Assembly: GCA_038205935.1 (NCBI GenBank)
Contig: JBBRBK010000002.1
Span: 1 to 64,000, forward strand
Direction of reading: 5' to 3'
Length of the DNA: 64,000 nt
DNA from: Campylobacterales bacterium
GTDB lineage: Bacteria; Campylobacterota; Campylobacteria; Campylobacterales; Sulfurimonadaceae
In this document: positions 9,780 to 20,198 of the stretch, one piece after another
Position numbering within the stretch: the stretch's first letter is position 1
Layout of the letters: the number at the start of each line of letters is the position of its first letter
The notes under the pieces: model-generated
What the model was told of the DNA's origin: nothing
The model's input: only the letters and a program-made list of their open reading frames with translations
Databases searched by the model: none
Translations under genes and position numbers: made by a program

Positions 9780-11361
9780 TACTCCGCTTCTAAGTGCTGA
9801 TAAACTTTATCAGCTTTTAGCAAGTCGTTTTACGGATGGATATAAAAAACTTAAAGATATTCCCTCTCCAGCCCTTTTAAAAAACTCCCAAAAAGCAGCC
9901 ATGCGCATCGCTAAAGCTATAATAAACAAGGAAAATATCACGCTTATTGGCGACTATGACGTCGATGGAGTCACTTCTACATCCATCATGGTACTTTTTT
10001 TTAGAGAAATAAATTATCCTCTCACTGCCATCATCCCAAATAGATTTCGTGATGGATATGGGATCAATGCAAATGTTTTACAAAGAGTTGACGCAGATCT
10101 TGTCCTCACAGTAGATAATGGAATCACAGCAGTTGAAGCCGCTGAAATTTGTAAAGAAAGAGGCATAGACCTTATCATCACTGATCATCATACGCCCTCA
10201 AAAGAACTTCCAGATGCGTATGCCATTGTGAATCCAAAACTTTCTGATTGTACCTATCCTTTTAAAGAGATCTGTGGAGCTCAAGTGGCTTGGCTGCTTT
10301 TGGGAGCCGTAAAAAAAGAGCTCAAACTCGAACTAGATATGAGACAATACCTCGATCTTGTCGCTCTTGCGGTCATCGCCGATGTGATGCCACTTTATGA
10401 TGTCAATCGTGCCATTGTGCAAGAGGGACTCAAGCAGATGATGCATTCACAGCGTCCCTCTTCCATTATCATCCGAGATTTTTTAAACAAACAAAATATC
10501 TCTTCAGAAGATATTGCTTTTGCCATTGCGCCTCGCATCAACTCCGCTGGACGGCTTGAAGATGCTTCAATTGCTTTGGAGTTTTTAACAGCGGCAACGA
10601 TAGAAAAAGCGGCAAAACAGTTTGAAATTCTGGGTGACTTAAACAATATACGAAAATCCACAGAAGCTGATACAACCGAAAATGCTCTCTTACATGTAAG
10701 CGAAAATGATAAGATCATCGTAGTCGCGGGAGAAAACTGGCACGAAGGTGTTGTGGGGATTGTGGCTTCAAGACTTGTCAGCAGATTTAAAAAACCTGCA
10801 ATTGTTTTTAATATACATGAGGGAATTGCAAAAGGGAGTGCTAGAAGTGTAGGAGATGTAGATATCTTTTCACTTATTCATACACAAAAAGAGCTTTTAG
10901 AGAAGTTTGGCGGTCATAAAATGGCGGCTGGACTTAGCTTACATGTAAGCAATTTAGAAGCTTTTAAATCAGCCATAAATAAAGAAGCGCAAAAAGTTGA
11001 TCCAAGTGATTTCATTCCCAAAGAAGCTATTATGGGTGAACTTGAAGGCGACGCTATCAACTTTCAATTACTAGATATTTTAGAAAAGTTTGAGCCTTAC
11101 GGAGAGGGAAATCCACGTCCAAGATTTCTTATCAACAATGCAGAACTCTTACATGTAAAGCTTTTTGGAGCAGATAAATCGCATAGCCGTCTTGGAATCC
11201 GCCTAAAACCATATGATAGACAGACCATCGAGATCGTAGCTTTTAGACAAGTTTTAGAAGTTCCAGAAGATAAAAAGATTACATGCAGTTATACGGTGAG
11301 CAAAAATGTTTTCAATGGAAAAACTTCGATCCAGCTGATGCTCGATAATATTTACCACTAA
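9763..11361 (+). CDS. recJ: Single-stranded DNA exonuclease RecJ
   Basis: DHH motifs 'GDYDVDG', 'TVDNG', 'TDHH', 'PRINSAGR', 'GGHKMAAG'. Confidence 0.96.
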   Translation: MSTFPNTPLLSADKLYQLLASRFTDGYKKLKDIPSPALLKNSQKAAMRIAKAIINKENITLIGDYDVDGVTSTSIMVLFFREINYPLTAIIPNRFRDGYGINANVLQRVDADLVLTVDNGITAVEAAEICKERGIDLIITDHHTPSKELPDAYAIVNPKLSDCTYPFKEICGAQVAWLLLGAVKKELKLELDMRQYLDLVALAVIADVMPLYDVNRAIVQEGLKQMMHSQRPSSIIIRDFLNKQNISSEDIAFAIAPRINSAGRLEDASIALEFLTAATIEKAAKQFEILGDLNNIRKSTEADTTENALLHVSENDKIIVVAGENWHEGVVGIVASRLVSRFKKPAIVFNIHEGIAKGSARSVGDVDIFSLIHTQKELLEKFGGHKMAAGLSLHVSNLEAFKSAINKEAQKVDPSDFIPKEAIMGELEGDAINFQLLDILEKFEPYGEGNPRPRFLINNAELLHVKLFGADKSHSRLGIRLKPYDRQTIEIVAFRQVLEVPEDKKITCSYTVSKNVFNGKTSIQLMLDNIYH

Positions 11362-12662
11362 TTCATCAGGTTTATCAACTCTTCAACTGTTTCTTTAGAG
11401 TCAGTTTGAAGTGTTGATTTTTGACTCATAAACTGCTCCATCGCCTCTTTTTTATTGATCGCTTCATCTAACTCTTTGTCTGTCCCTTTTGTGTAAGCGC
11501 CGATGCGAATAAGTGTTTCATTTTCACGAAGTAAAGTATACAAACGGCGAAAACGCTGAGCGGCTTTGAGATGCTCTTCGCTAATAATATCGCTCATAAC
11601 CCTTGATGCGGAGTTTAAGATATTGATAGGTGGATAAATCCCAAAGTCGGTGAGTTCACGTGAGAGGATGATGTGCCCATCCAAAATAGAACGAGACTGA
11701 TCCGCGATTGGATCACTCATATCATCACCCTCGATAAGTACCGTGAAAAAGGCAGTTATAGAGCCTTTCCCTTCCTCTTTTCCCGCACGTTCCATCAACT
11801 GAGGAAGCAGAGTAAGAGAAGAAGGCGGATATCCTTTTGATGTCGGCGGTTCGCCCAAAGCAAGCCCGATTTCACGCTGAGCCATCGCAAAACGAGTGAC
11901 GGAATCCATGATGAAAAGAACATCAAGCCCTTTTTCTTTAAAATACTCAGCCACGCTCATCGCAGAAAATGCCCCATATTTACGCATAAGCGGAGAATCA
12001 TCCGAAGTCGCGACGATGATAACCGTGTTTTCAAGGTTTCCGCCAAGATTTTTCTCTATAAATTCGGGAACCTCACGTCCGCGCTCGCCGATGAGTGCGA
12101 CCACTTTTATGGGTGCCTGTGCGCCTCGAACGATCATTCCCATAAGCGTTGATTTTCCAACACCGCTTCCTGCAAAAATGCCGAGTTTTTGCCCTTTTCC
12201 GCAAGTCAAAAAGCCATCTATCGTCTTAACTCCAACACTGAACACTTCATCAATCATTCCACGTTTCATCGCTTCAATAGGTGATTTGATGATAGGATTA
12301 AGCCCATCGGATTTAATATGTCCTTTGCCATCAATCGGGCGCATAAAAGGATCAACAACACGTCCTAAAAGATCATCTCCAACAGGAATATTCATCCCAT
12401 TGGAATCCTGAAACACCTTGTCTTTTGAACAAAAACCTTCTACAAAACTAAATGGAGTGATGAAAAAAACGTTGCCATCAATCTCTGTAACCATTCCAGT
12501 CGTTTCGAGTTCGGTGTTGTTTGAGACGATGCGTACCATATCGCCGATGCTTACATGTAAGCCGCTTGCAGTGATGACATTGGCATTTATTTTGATGATC
12601 TCCCCAAAAGAGGTGGAGTAGTTTTTGGAGGAGAGTTTTGATTTGAGAGATTTAAAGGGCAT
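11358..12662 (-). CDS. fliI: Flagellar export ATPase FliI
   Basis: 'GIFAGSGVGKST', 'GERGREV', 'DSVTRFAMAQREIG'. Confidence 0.96.
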   Translation of the reverse strand: MPFKSLKSKLSSKNYSTSFGEIIKINANVITASGLHVSIGDMVRIVSNNTELETTGMVTEIDGNVFFITPFSFVEGFCSKDKVFQDSNGMNIPVGDDLLGRVVDPFMRPIDGKGHIKSDGLNPIIKSPIEAMKRGMIDEVFSVGVKTIDGFLTCGKGQKLGIFAGSGVGKSTLMGMIVRGAQAPIKVVALIGERGREVPEFIEKNLGGNLENTVIIVATSDDSPLMRKYGAFSAMSVAEYFKEKGLDVLFIMDSVTRFAMAQREIGLALGEPPTSKGYPPSSLTLLPQLMERAGKEEGKGSITAFFTVLIEGDDMSDPIADQSRSILDGHIILSRELTDFGIYPPINILNSASRVMSDIISEEHLKAAQRFRRLYTLLRENETLIRIGAYTKGTDKELDEAINKKEAMEQFMSQKSTLQTDSKETVEELINLMN

Positions 12663-12674
12663 AAGTCAGCACTT

Positions 12675-13247
12675 TTAGTAACGAGTTCCAATCGGTGCAT
12701 TGATAAGAGAAAAGAACTCTGCACGAGTCTTTTCATCACTTTTAAAAAGTCCGCGAAGCGCGCTTGAAGTGGTCGTAGAGTTTATCTTCTCAACTCCGCG
12801 CATCTCCATACACATGTGACGTGCTTGGATCACGACTGCCACACCTTTTGGTTTGATAGTCTTCATAATGGCATCTGCGATCTGTTCGGTCAACTGTTCT
12901 TGAATCTGCATACGACGAGAAAATACATTGACCACGCGAGGGATTTTTGAAAGCCCAACGACTTTTCCATCTGGAATGTACGCGACATGCGCACGGCCAA
13001 TGATAGGAAGAAGATGATGTTCACATGTAGAGTAAAGCTCTATATCTTTAATAACAACCATCTCATCATTTGAGCTTGTAAAAAGAGCAGAGGAAAGTAT
13101 CTCCTCAGCATTTTCTTTATAACCGCCATAGATAAAATCGTAAGCTTTGCGAACACGCTCAGGAGTCTTAAGCAGCCCCTCACGCGTTGGATCTTCGCCC
13201 ACACTTTGTATCATAACTCTTACAGCTTCTTCAAATTCATTTGCCAT
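12675..13247 (-). CDS. folE: GTP cyclohydrolase I
   Basis: '[11 protein letters not shown]', 'STCEHHLLP', 'HMCMEMRG'. Confidence 0.97.
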   Translation of the reverse strand: MANEFEEAVRVMIQSVGEDPTREGLLKTPERVRKAYDFIYGGYKENAEEILSSALFTSSNDEMVVIKDIELYSTCEHHLLPIIGRAHVAYIPDGKVVGLSKIPRVVNVFSRRMQIQEQLTEQIADAIMKTIKPKGVAVVIQARHMCMEMRGVEKINSTTTSSALRGLFKSDEKTRAEFFSLINAPIGTRY

Positions 13248-13256
13248 TGCTTTTCC

Positions 13257-15260
13257 TTACATTATAAAGACAGTTGGAACGATCAACGGATATTTTTTCA
13301 TTTTACGGTAGATATGTTTTCTCACCACTTGGCGGAGGTCATTTTCTAGCGCTCTTGGGTTTTGGATAAGTCCCTCTTTGAGATTGATAAGGAAATGTTC
13401 TAGCACCTCTTCCATCTCTGTTGCGAACGCTTTATCTTGTTTATCTGCAACAAGTCCAAATGTTGTAACACGAGGTTTTGCAATCATTTTAGAGTTGTTT
13501 TCATTGATTTGAGCGATAATCATAACAATTCCCTCTTGAGCCAATTTCTGACGATCCATAACAATATCATCTTCTATTTGGTGGTTGTTTTGGTTATCAA
13601 TATATGTTTTACCCGTTTTAACAGTTTTTGCTTTACGCATAAATTTCGGACCAACTTCGATACAGTCGCCATCGCTCATAAGTAAGATATTTCTCTCAGG
13701 AACGCCACACATGATAGCCGTCTCTTTATGTTTTAGAATATGGTTATATTCCCCGTGAACCGGTAAAAAGAACTTAGGATTTACAAGACGAAGCATCAAT
13801 TTTTGCTCTTCCATACTTGCGTGTCCTGAAACGTGAATATCTTTATCATTTGAAACTCTTGCACCTGCACGTTGCAAGTGGTTTAGCATCGTAGATATAG
13901 AGCCTTCATTTCCAGGAATTGCGCGCGCTGAAAGCACGATAAGATCTGTTGGTTTGATCTTAATGTGTCTATGTTCACCGATAGACATTCTAAAAAGCGC
14001 ACTGCTTGGCTCACCTTGAGAACCCGTAGTCACGATAAGGACATCCTTATCATTCATACGACTTGCCTCATCTGCATCAATAAAGATATTTTTAGGGAGT
14101 TTGACATAATCATACTGCATACAAACTTCTAGATTTCTCTCCATTGAACGTCCGATAACACACACCTTACGTCCATACTTTACGCCATATTGGATCGCTT
14201 GATACACACGGTGGATATTTGAACTAAATGTAGACATAATGATACGTCCTTCAGCCTTTGCAAATATACGGTCAAATCCTGGAGCAACAGTAAGTTCACT
14301 TGGTGTAGGCTGAACATTATATGAGTTTGTAGAATCGCTTAAAAGACATAAAACACCCTTTTCGCCATAAGATGCAAAACGATGTAAGTCTGCTGTATAA
14401 CCATCTATTGGCGTATGATCTATCTTAAAGTCACCTGTATGGATGATAGTTCCAGCAGCCGTAGTGATTGCTAAAGAAGATGAGTCGATGATAGAGTGAG
14501 TCATATGCATCCACTCGATCTCAAAATCGTTTCCTATTTTATACACTTTACGTTTTTCAACAGGGTTGAAATATTTTCTAAACTCTTTTAAATGATGCTC
14601 GTCAAATTTATTACCGATCATCGCAAGAGGAAGTGGAGTTCCATAAATTGGAAACTGCATCTCTTTGTAAAGATATGGCATTGCACCAATGTGATCTTCG
14701 TGAGCGTGAGTAATGATAACCGCTACGATTTTATTCTTGATTTCTCTTAGATATGTAAAGTCAGGAACCAAGATATCTACACCATGCATCTCTTCATCAG
14801 GAAAACTCATCCCAACATCGATGATAATAGCTTCTTTTTCTGTTTCAAAAACAGTGATGTTTCCACCGATCTCACCAAGTCCACCAAGCGGAGTTATACG
14901 CACTTTATCCATACTATTGAGATTGAGTTTATAGTGAGGGTTTAGACGCTGTTTATGCACCTCTTGATTTTTTGTGACAAACTCTTTTAGTACTGTATCT
15001 ATTGGAGCTGGTGCGTTACGACGACGGTTTTTGTTATTGCCAGCGTTAGGATTGTTAGTCGCGTTAGGGTTAGTATTTGTGTTAGCATTTGGATTGCTAT
15101 TACGGGCCGGAGCAGGGTTATTTGGGTTAGTATTTGGGTTGCTCTTTGGATTTTTATTGCGGTTTTGATTATTATTTGGTCTTCTGTTTTGATTATTGTT
15201 TGGTTTTGTATTGTTCTGCTCTAGGTCTACGACCTGCGCACTTTCTGTAACTTCGTTCAT
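13257..15260 (-). CDS. rnj: Ribonuclease J with an N/P/R-rich N-terminal extension
   Basis: 'PLGGLGEIGGN', 'THAHEDHIG', 'HVSGHA', 'PVHGEY'. Confidence 0.96.
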   Translation of the reverse strand: MNEVTESAQVVDLEQNNTKPNNNQNRRPNNNQNRNKNPKSNPNTNPNNPAPARNSNPNANTNTNPNATNNPNAGNNKNRRRNAPAPIDTVLKEFVTKNQEVHKQRLNPHYKLNLNSMDKVRITPLGGLGEIGGNITVFETEKEAIIIDVGMSFPDEEMHGVDILVPDFTYLREIKNKIVAVIITHAHEDHIGAMPYLYKEMQFPIYGTPLPLAMIGNKFDEHHLKEFRKYFNPVEKRKVYKIGNDFEIEWMHMTHSIIDSSSLAITTAAGTIIHTGDFKIDHTPIDGYTADLHRFASYGEKGVLCLLSDSTNSYNVQPTPSELTVAPGFDRIFAKAEGRIIMSTFSSNIHRVYQAIQYGVKYGRKVCVIGRSMERNLEVCMQYDYVKLPKNIFIDADEASRMNDKDVLIVTTGSQGEPSSALFRMSIGEHRHIKIKPTDLIVLSARAIPGNEGSISTMLNHLQRAGARVSNDKDIHVSGHASMEEQKLMLRLVNPKFFLPVHGEYNHILKHKETAIMCGVPERNILLMSDGDCIEVGPKFMRKAKTVKTGKTYIDNQNNHQIEDDIVMDRQKLAQEGIVMIIAQINENNSKMIAKPRVTTFGLVADKQDKAFATEMEEVLEHFLINLKEGLIQNPRALENDLRQVVRKHIYRKMKKYPLIVPTVFIM

Positions 15261-15269
15261 CCAAACTCC

Positions 15270-16043
15270 TTATATTTTTTTATAGAGTTGGTGATAGTCC
15301 GCAGTGTGGAGTTGATGAGGTCGAATAGTCAAAGAGAGATCCATGTCTTCAAAGATCTCTAAAAGTTTTTGCTTCTCATAGTGTGATGAAAGATTTTTAA
15401 GAAGTGTTTTTCTCGGTTGCGTAAAAGCAACTTTTAACATATCTTCAAAAGCTTTATCGCCTCTGTCTCTTTGCTTTTGTATAAGCATAACAGCAGAATC
15501 TATCTTGGGCATAGGATCAAATGCAGTTGGAGGAACTTCAATGACGATTGAAGCGGTTCCTACACTCTGCGTTATCACGCTTAGTCCGCTAAAAACTTTA
15601 TCTCCAGATTCAGCCACAAATTTTTGTGCGACCTCAAGCTGGACCATGACTAAAAGAGACTTACACATAGGATCTGCGAGTGCTTTTAATATGATGTTTG
15701 TAGCGATATAATAGGGCAAATTTGCCACTAGATCATACGGCTCATCAATAAGCGTGCTCTGCCAAGCTTCTAAAACATCTCCACAATTTATGTGGAGTCG
15801 CTTGGTGGCGATCTCATCTTTAAATGTGATATTTAGTCTCTTACATAAATCGGTATCGACCTCAAAAGCTTCTACACTTTTGACCTTAACTAAAAATTTA
15901 GTTAAATCACCTAAGCCAGGGCCAATCTCAACAATCTTATTGTCACTCTTGGGCATCGCTTCGACAATTTTTCTAAGAACGCTCTCATCTTTTAAAAAGT
16001 TCTGGCCATATTTTTTCTTGGCAGCTACGCGTTCATTATTCAT
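15270..16043 (-). CDS. rsmA: 16S rRNA dimethyladenosine transferase
   Basis: 'KKKYGQNFL', 'EIGPGLG', 'ANLPYYI'. Confidence 0.96.
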   Translation of the reverse strand: MNNERVAAKKKYGQNFLKDESVLRKIVEAMPKSDNKIVEIGPGLGDLTKFLVKVKSVEAFEVDTDLCKRLNITFKDEIATKRLHINCGDVLEAWQSTLIDEPYDLVANLPYYIATNIILKALADPMCKSLLVMVQLEVAQKFVAESGDKVFSGLSVITQSVGTASIVIEVPPTAFDPMPKIDSAVMLIQKQRDRGDKAFEDMLKVAFTQPRKTLLKNLSSHYEKQKLLEIFEDMDLSLTIRPHQLHTADYHQLYKKI

Positions 16044-16224
16044 AAATGGCAGTTTACATCAATTAGTCTTATAAATAGATAATAGAATTTAAACTCTCAA
16101 TAAACAATCTTTAGAACTCAAATTATTACACGAAACTGTTTATTTCCTCATCTGTGTTTGTTATATCTATGCATAAGATTAATATGGATAAAATATCGCA
16201 CTTATAAAAGAGAGAACACTTTCA

Positions 16225-16983
16225 ATGGACTACTTTGCAAAACGTATTATTCCCTGTCTTGATGTTAAAGATGGACGCGTCGTTAAGGGCGTAAATTTCG
16301 TCGGTTTAAAAGATGCCGGAGATCCAGTAGAAGTGGCGCGCCGTTATAATGAAGAGGGCGCGGACGAGCTAACATTTTTGGATATTACTGCTTCATCTGA
16401 CAATCGCGATACTATTGTGGATATTGTCGCTCAAGTAGCTCGTGAAATTTTCATCCCGCTTACTGTTGGTGGTGGAATACGTAAACTTGAAGACATCTAC
16501 AAACTTTTAAATGTCGGTTGTGACAAAGTCAGTGTGAACTCAGCGGCTGTACAGCGCCCAGAACTCATTGACGAAGGCGCAAAAAGATTTGGTTCTCAGT
16601 GCATTGTTACTGCAATTGATGTCAAAAAAATTGGCAATAAATATCACGTCTTTTTAAATGGTGGGCGTGTAGACACGGGCAAAGATGCAGTTGAATGGGC
16701 AAAAGAGGTCGTAGATAGAGGTTCAGGAGAGATTCTTTTGACTTCAATGGATACAGATGGAACAAAAGCAGGATTTGAGCTTAGTATTACTGAGCAAATT
16801 AGCAAGGCTGTCAATGTCCCCGTCATCGCAAGCGGTGGAGCTGGAACTATGGAGCACATTAAAGAAGCATTTGAACACGGTGCAGACGCAGCACTTGCTG
16901 CAAGTATTTTTCACTACAAGGAAATAGATATAATGGACTTAAAACATTATCTTCATGCCAATAATATACCGGTACGCTTATGA
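16225..16983 (+). CDS. hisF: Imidazole glycerol phosphate synthase cyclase subunit
   Basis: '[17 protein letters not shown]', 'PVIASGGAG'. Confidence 0.97.
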   Translation: MDYFAKRIIPCLDVKDGRVVKGVNFVGLKDAGDPVEVARRYNEEGADELTFLDITASSDNRDTIVDIVAQVAREIFIPLTVGGGIRKLEDIYKLLNVGCDKVSVNSAAVQRPELIDEGAKRFGSQCIVTAIDVKKIGNKYHVFLNGGRVDTGKDAVEWAKEVVDRGSGEILLTSMDTDGTKAGFELSITEQISKAVNVPVIASGGAGTMEHIKEAFEHGADAALAASIFHYKEIDIMDLKHYLHANNIPVRL

Positions 16984-17522
16984 TAATCTGCGCAGGAAAT
17001 AGCGAAACTTTTGATTTTGCCACTCCAATGGGCGTAGGTCTTATAGAAAGCACTATCAATCTTACGAGACTTTGTTTGTTTGACAAGCCTGAATTTTTAC
17101 TTTTTGTAGGAACTGCAGGAAGTTATGGTGAAGCAAATATATTTGATATTATAGAATCTAAAACGAGCGCTAACATAGAGTTAGCATTTTTAAATGATGA
17201 TGCATATACGCCTTTGGATAATGTAGTTTCAACTAACACTACAAACAAACAAGACATTATAGTTAACTCATCAAACTATATTACTACAAACGAAGAACTT
17301 GCTAAAAAGTTTTTAAGTCTAGGCATAGGCATAGAAAATATGGAATTTTTTGCAGTTCTTAAAGTTGCACAAGAGTTTGATATACCTGCGGGCGGAGTAT
17401 TTTGTATCACTAACTATACTAACAAAAGCGCTCACGACGATTTTATGAAAAACCATGAAAAAGCAAAAGAACTTTTGGACTTACATGTAAAGAAAAGAGT
17501 AGAGGAACTAACAAAAAGATGA
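16980..17522 (+). CDS. Nucleoside phosphorylase (PNP/UDP family)-like protein
   Basis: 'FVGTAGSY', 'IENMEFFAV', 'CITNY' motifs. Confidence 0.75.
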   Translation: MIICAGNSETFDFATPMGVGLIESTINLTRLCLFDKPEFLLFVGTAGSYGEANIFDIIESKTSANIELAFLNDDAYTPLDNVVSTNTTNKQDIIVNSSNYITTNEELAKKFLSLGIGIENMEFFAVLKVAQEFDIPAGGVFCITNYTNKSAHDDFMKNHEKAKELLDLHVKKRVEELTKR

Positions 17523-18595
17523 CACAATTAAAACCTTCTCTTTTGGATTTTACTAAAGAAGAACTCGCTTTAAAAGTTAAACCTGCTTTTCGTGCAAAAC
17601 AAATCTTTGGCTGGCTATATCACAATTATGTAGAGAGTTTTGATGAGATGCAAAATATCCCAAAAGCTTTGCGTGAAGAACTTTCACAAAACTACGTCAT
17701 CAATCCACTCAAAATTGCCAAAAAAGAGATCTCATCCGATGGAACTATAAAATATCTTTTTGAACTTCAAGACGGTAAAACAATGGAAACCGTTTGGCTG
17801 AAGATGAAAGATGATATCTACGAAGACGGCAAGCTGATTCAAGAAGCAAAATATACAGTTTGTGTTTCCTCTCAAGTTGGCTGTAAAGTTGGCTGTAGTT
17901 TTTGTTTGACTGCTAAAGGTGGATTTACAAGAGACTTGAGTGCTGGGGAGATCGTAGCGCAAGTATTAGCCGTAAAAAAAGATAATAACCACGCACACAA
18001 TCGCAGAGTCAACATAGTTTATATGGGAATGGGTGAACCGCTTGATAATCTCGATAATCTTACACAGGCGATCAAAATCTTTCAAGATGAAGAAGGTCTT
18101 GCTATCTCAGGAAAGCGCCAAACTGTTTCAACAAGTGGACTAAGTAATAAAATAGACAAGCTTGGAGAGATGGATTTAGGCGTGCATATAGCCATATCTC
18201 TTCACGCAGTCGACGATGCACTCAGGACTGAACTTATTCCTATGAATAAAGCACATAATATCTCATCCATCATTGACGCTGTTAAACGCTTTCCTATCGA
18301 TACAAGAAAACGTGTTATGTTTGAATATCTTGTTATCAAAGAAAAAAATGATGACATAGGCTCTGCGAAAAAACTTGTCAAACTTCTAAGCGGGATCAAG
18401 GCAAAAGTAAATCTCATCTATTTCAACCCATATCCTGGAACTGAATATAAACGTCCAAGCAGAGAGGACATGGTTAAATTTCAAGAGTATCTTATAAATC
18501 ATGGACTTTTGTGTACGATACGTGATTCAAAAGGGATAGATATTAGCGCTGCATGTGGACAACTTAAAGAAAAAGAGTTAAACGCAACAAATTGA
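17519..18595 (+). CDS. rlmN: 23S rRNA m2A2503 / tRNA radical SAM methyltransferase
   Basis: '[15 protein letters not shown]', 'MGMGEPL', 'DISAACGQL'. Confidence 0.97.
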   Translation: MTQLKPSLLDFTKEELALKVKPAFRAKQIFGWLYHNYVESFDEMQNIPKALREELSQNYVINPLKIAKKEISSDGTIKYLFELQDGKTMETVWLKMKDDIYEDGKLIQEAKYTVCVSSQVGCKVGCSFCLTAKGGFTRDLSAGEIVAQVLAVKKDNNHAHNRRVNIVYMGMGEPLDNLDNLTQAIKIFQDEEGLAISGKRQTVSTSGLSNKIDKLGEMDLGVHIAISLHAVDDALRTELIPMNKAHNISSIIDAVKRFPIDTRKRVMFEYLVIKEKNDDIGSAKKLVKLLSGIKAKVNLIYFNPYPGTEYKRPSREDMVKFQEYLINHGLLCTIRDSKGIDISAACGQLKEKELNATN

Positions 18596-18661
18596 TTTTT
18601 CTAGGTAAATAGGTTTTTATATATACTTCTGCTTTCGAGGTGTTTACAGCAAAGGATCTAT

Positions 18662-18775
18662 ATGCAAGAAGCAGGATTAACGTCAGCGGATGTCGTTCAA
18701 GTTATATTTATAATATTAGTTGTTGGTTCAGGTGTAGGCGGATTTTTATATGCCGCTCTTAAAAACGACAAATAA
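18662..18775 (+). CDS. Small (37 aa) single-TM membrane protein, absent from the ORF track
   Basis: MQEAGLTSADVVQVIFIILVVGSGVGGFLYAALKNDK; AAGGA RBS at 18652, TATACT upstream, hairpin downstream. Confidence 0.7.
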   Translation: MQEAGLTSADVVQVIFIILVVGSGVGGFLYAALKNDK

Positions 18776-18781
18776 AGAAGC

Positions 18782-18810
18782 AAACGGTCAACACTCCAGG
18801 GAGACCGTTT
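18782..18810 (+). terminator. Hairpin after the small ORF
   Basis: AAACGGTC...GACCGTTT inverted repeat. Confidence 0.5.
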
Positions 18811-19192
18811 ATGGTTGTAATGGTAGCATACTATTCTTATAGAAAACAAAATTTCCTCAACTGTTCATTTTCTGCTTAAACAAAATTAATTTTCAAAAAA
18901 AACTTCCCTTTTTCATCAAAATGTGTAGATTTCACACTGTGCTCTAACGTGTGAATAAAATTGTAAAGAATTGTAAAATTTCTCTTACATGTAAGGTTTA
19001 TTTTATATAAATCTACCCTTAACCAAGATTATCTTCACAAACTATAACATCCCTAAAATAGGCACTTTCTCTACATTTACAAAGAAAACAGTGCACGTTA
19101 ATTGTGATAAAAGAAGTTATTCACATATATTTTATTTTTAAGACTATTTAGTGCTCAATCTAGTGAGTATTAAAGCAACTATGTTTATTTTT

Positions 19193-20116
19193 CTATTTTG
19201 TTTCACGTGAAACAGATTTGAATATCTCATCCAAAAAATCAACATTGCTACTCACTCGATATGAAACATTTTTATATTCAAAAGAAAGTTCATCCGCATG
19301 CAAAAGTAATCTTGATGCTCCTGTAGTTTTCAAGCGTTCTTCCGTTGATAATTCTCTATCCAAATATTTAGTTGTTACCCATTCATCAACTCCGTAAAGT
19401 GGATCACCAACAATCGGATGTTTCACGTGAAGCAAATGAACTCTAATCTGATGTTGTCTTCCAGTATGTGGATAACAAGCAACAAGAGTCATATCAAGGT
19501 CACTAAAATACTCTAAAGGTTTGAAGTAGGTCTCAGAACTTTTACCCGTTTCATCAACTTTTACGATAGAACGAAGCACGCCTGATGTAGCATCTTTATT
19601 TATCTTCAAAGGTTCCTTACATGTAAGCTCGTTTTTAAACTCGCCGTGCACTACTGCAAGATATTTTTTTTGCATATCTCTCTCTTGAAACATCATCTTG
19701 ATATCTCGTTCACTCTCTTTGTTTTTGGCACACAATACAAGCCCACTTGTTTCCATATCGATACGATGCGTAATATTTGCATCCATTCCATATTGGTATT
19801 TCACTTCGTCTATAAGAGAATAGGGCGTATAGCGATTTTGAGGATGAATGAGTACACCTGTAGGCTTATCAAAGAGAACAAACTCCTCTGTTTCAAACGT
19901 TGGCTCTAGACCTCTTGTGATTGGCTCAAATGTGATGAACTCTATCTCGCCACTGATCTCATCTTTATCTTTTAAAACCACTTCACCGTTTGCAAAAACT
20001 CTTTTACGCGCTATAAATCTTTGTGCATCACTTTGAGAATAACCAAGCTCTCGCATTAAAAATAAAAAGGCTTTTTGTTTCTCTTCTATATAAAATTTTT
20101 TTATGATAAATGGCAA
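19193..20116 (-). CDS. RluA-family pseudouridine synthase
   Basis: 'DKPTGVLIHP', 'HRIDMETSG', 'TGRQHQIRVH', 'PIVGDPLY'. Confidence 0.93.
   Translation of the reverse strand: MPFIIKKFYIEEKQKAFLFLMRELGYSQSDAQRFIARKRVFANGEVVLKDKDEISGEIEFITFEPITRGLEPTFETEEFVLFDKPTGVLIHPQNRYTPYSLIDEVKYQYGMDANITHRIDMETSGLVLCAKNKESERDIKMMFQERDMQKKYLAVVHGEFKNELTCKEPLKINKDATSGVLRSIVKVDETGKSSETYFKPLEYFSDLDMTLVACYPHTGRQHQIRVHLLHVKHPIVGDPLYGVDEWVTTKYLDRELSTEERLKTTGASRLLLHADELSFEYKNVSYRVSSNVDFLDEIFKSVSRETK
19199..19214. promoter_or_regulatory. parS centromere-like site (perfect)
   Basis: TGTTTCACGTGAAACA, the canonical 16-bp ParB-binding palindrome, about 8.5 kb from dnaA. Confidence 0.9.
19419..19434. promoter_or_regulatory. 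Second parS site (1 mismatch)
   Basis: TGTTTCACGTGAAGCA, 220 bp from the perfect site. Confidence 0.75.
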
Positions 20117-20198
20117 AATTAATCCCTTTAAAAGTCAATGTTTGATAACATAAATAACTTATAATTTTTGAGATTTTAACATAAATAAAGGTGGTTAC

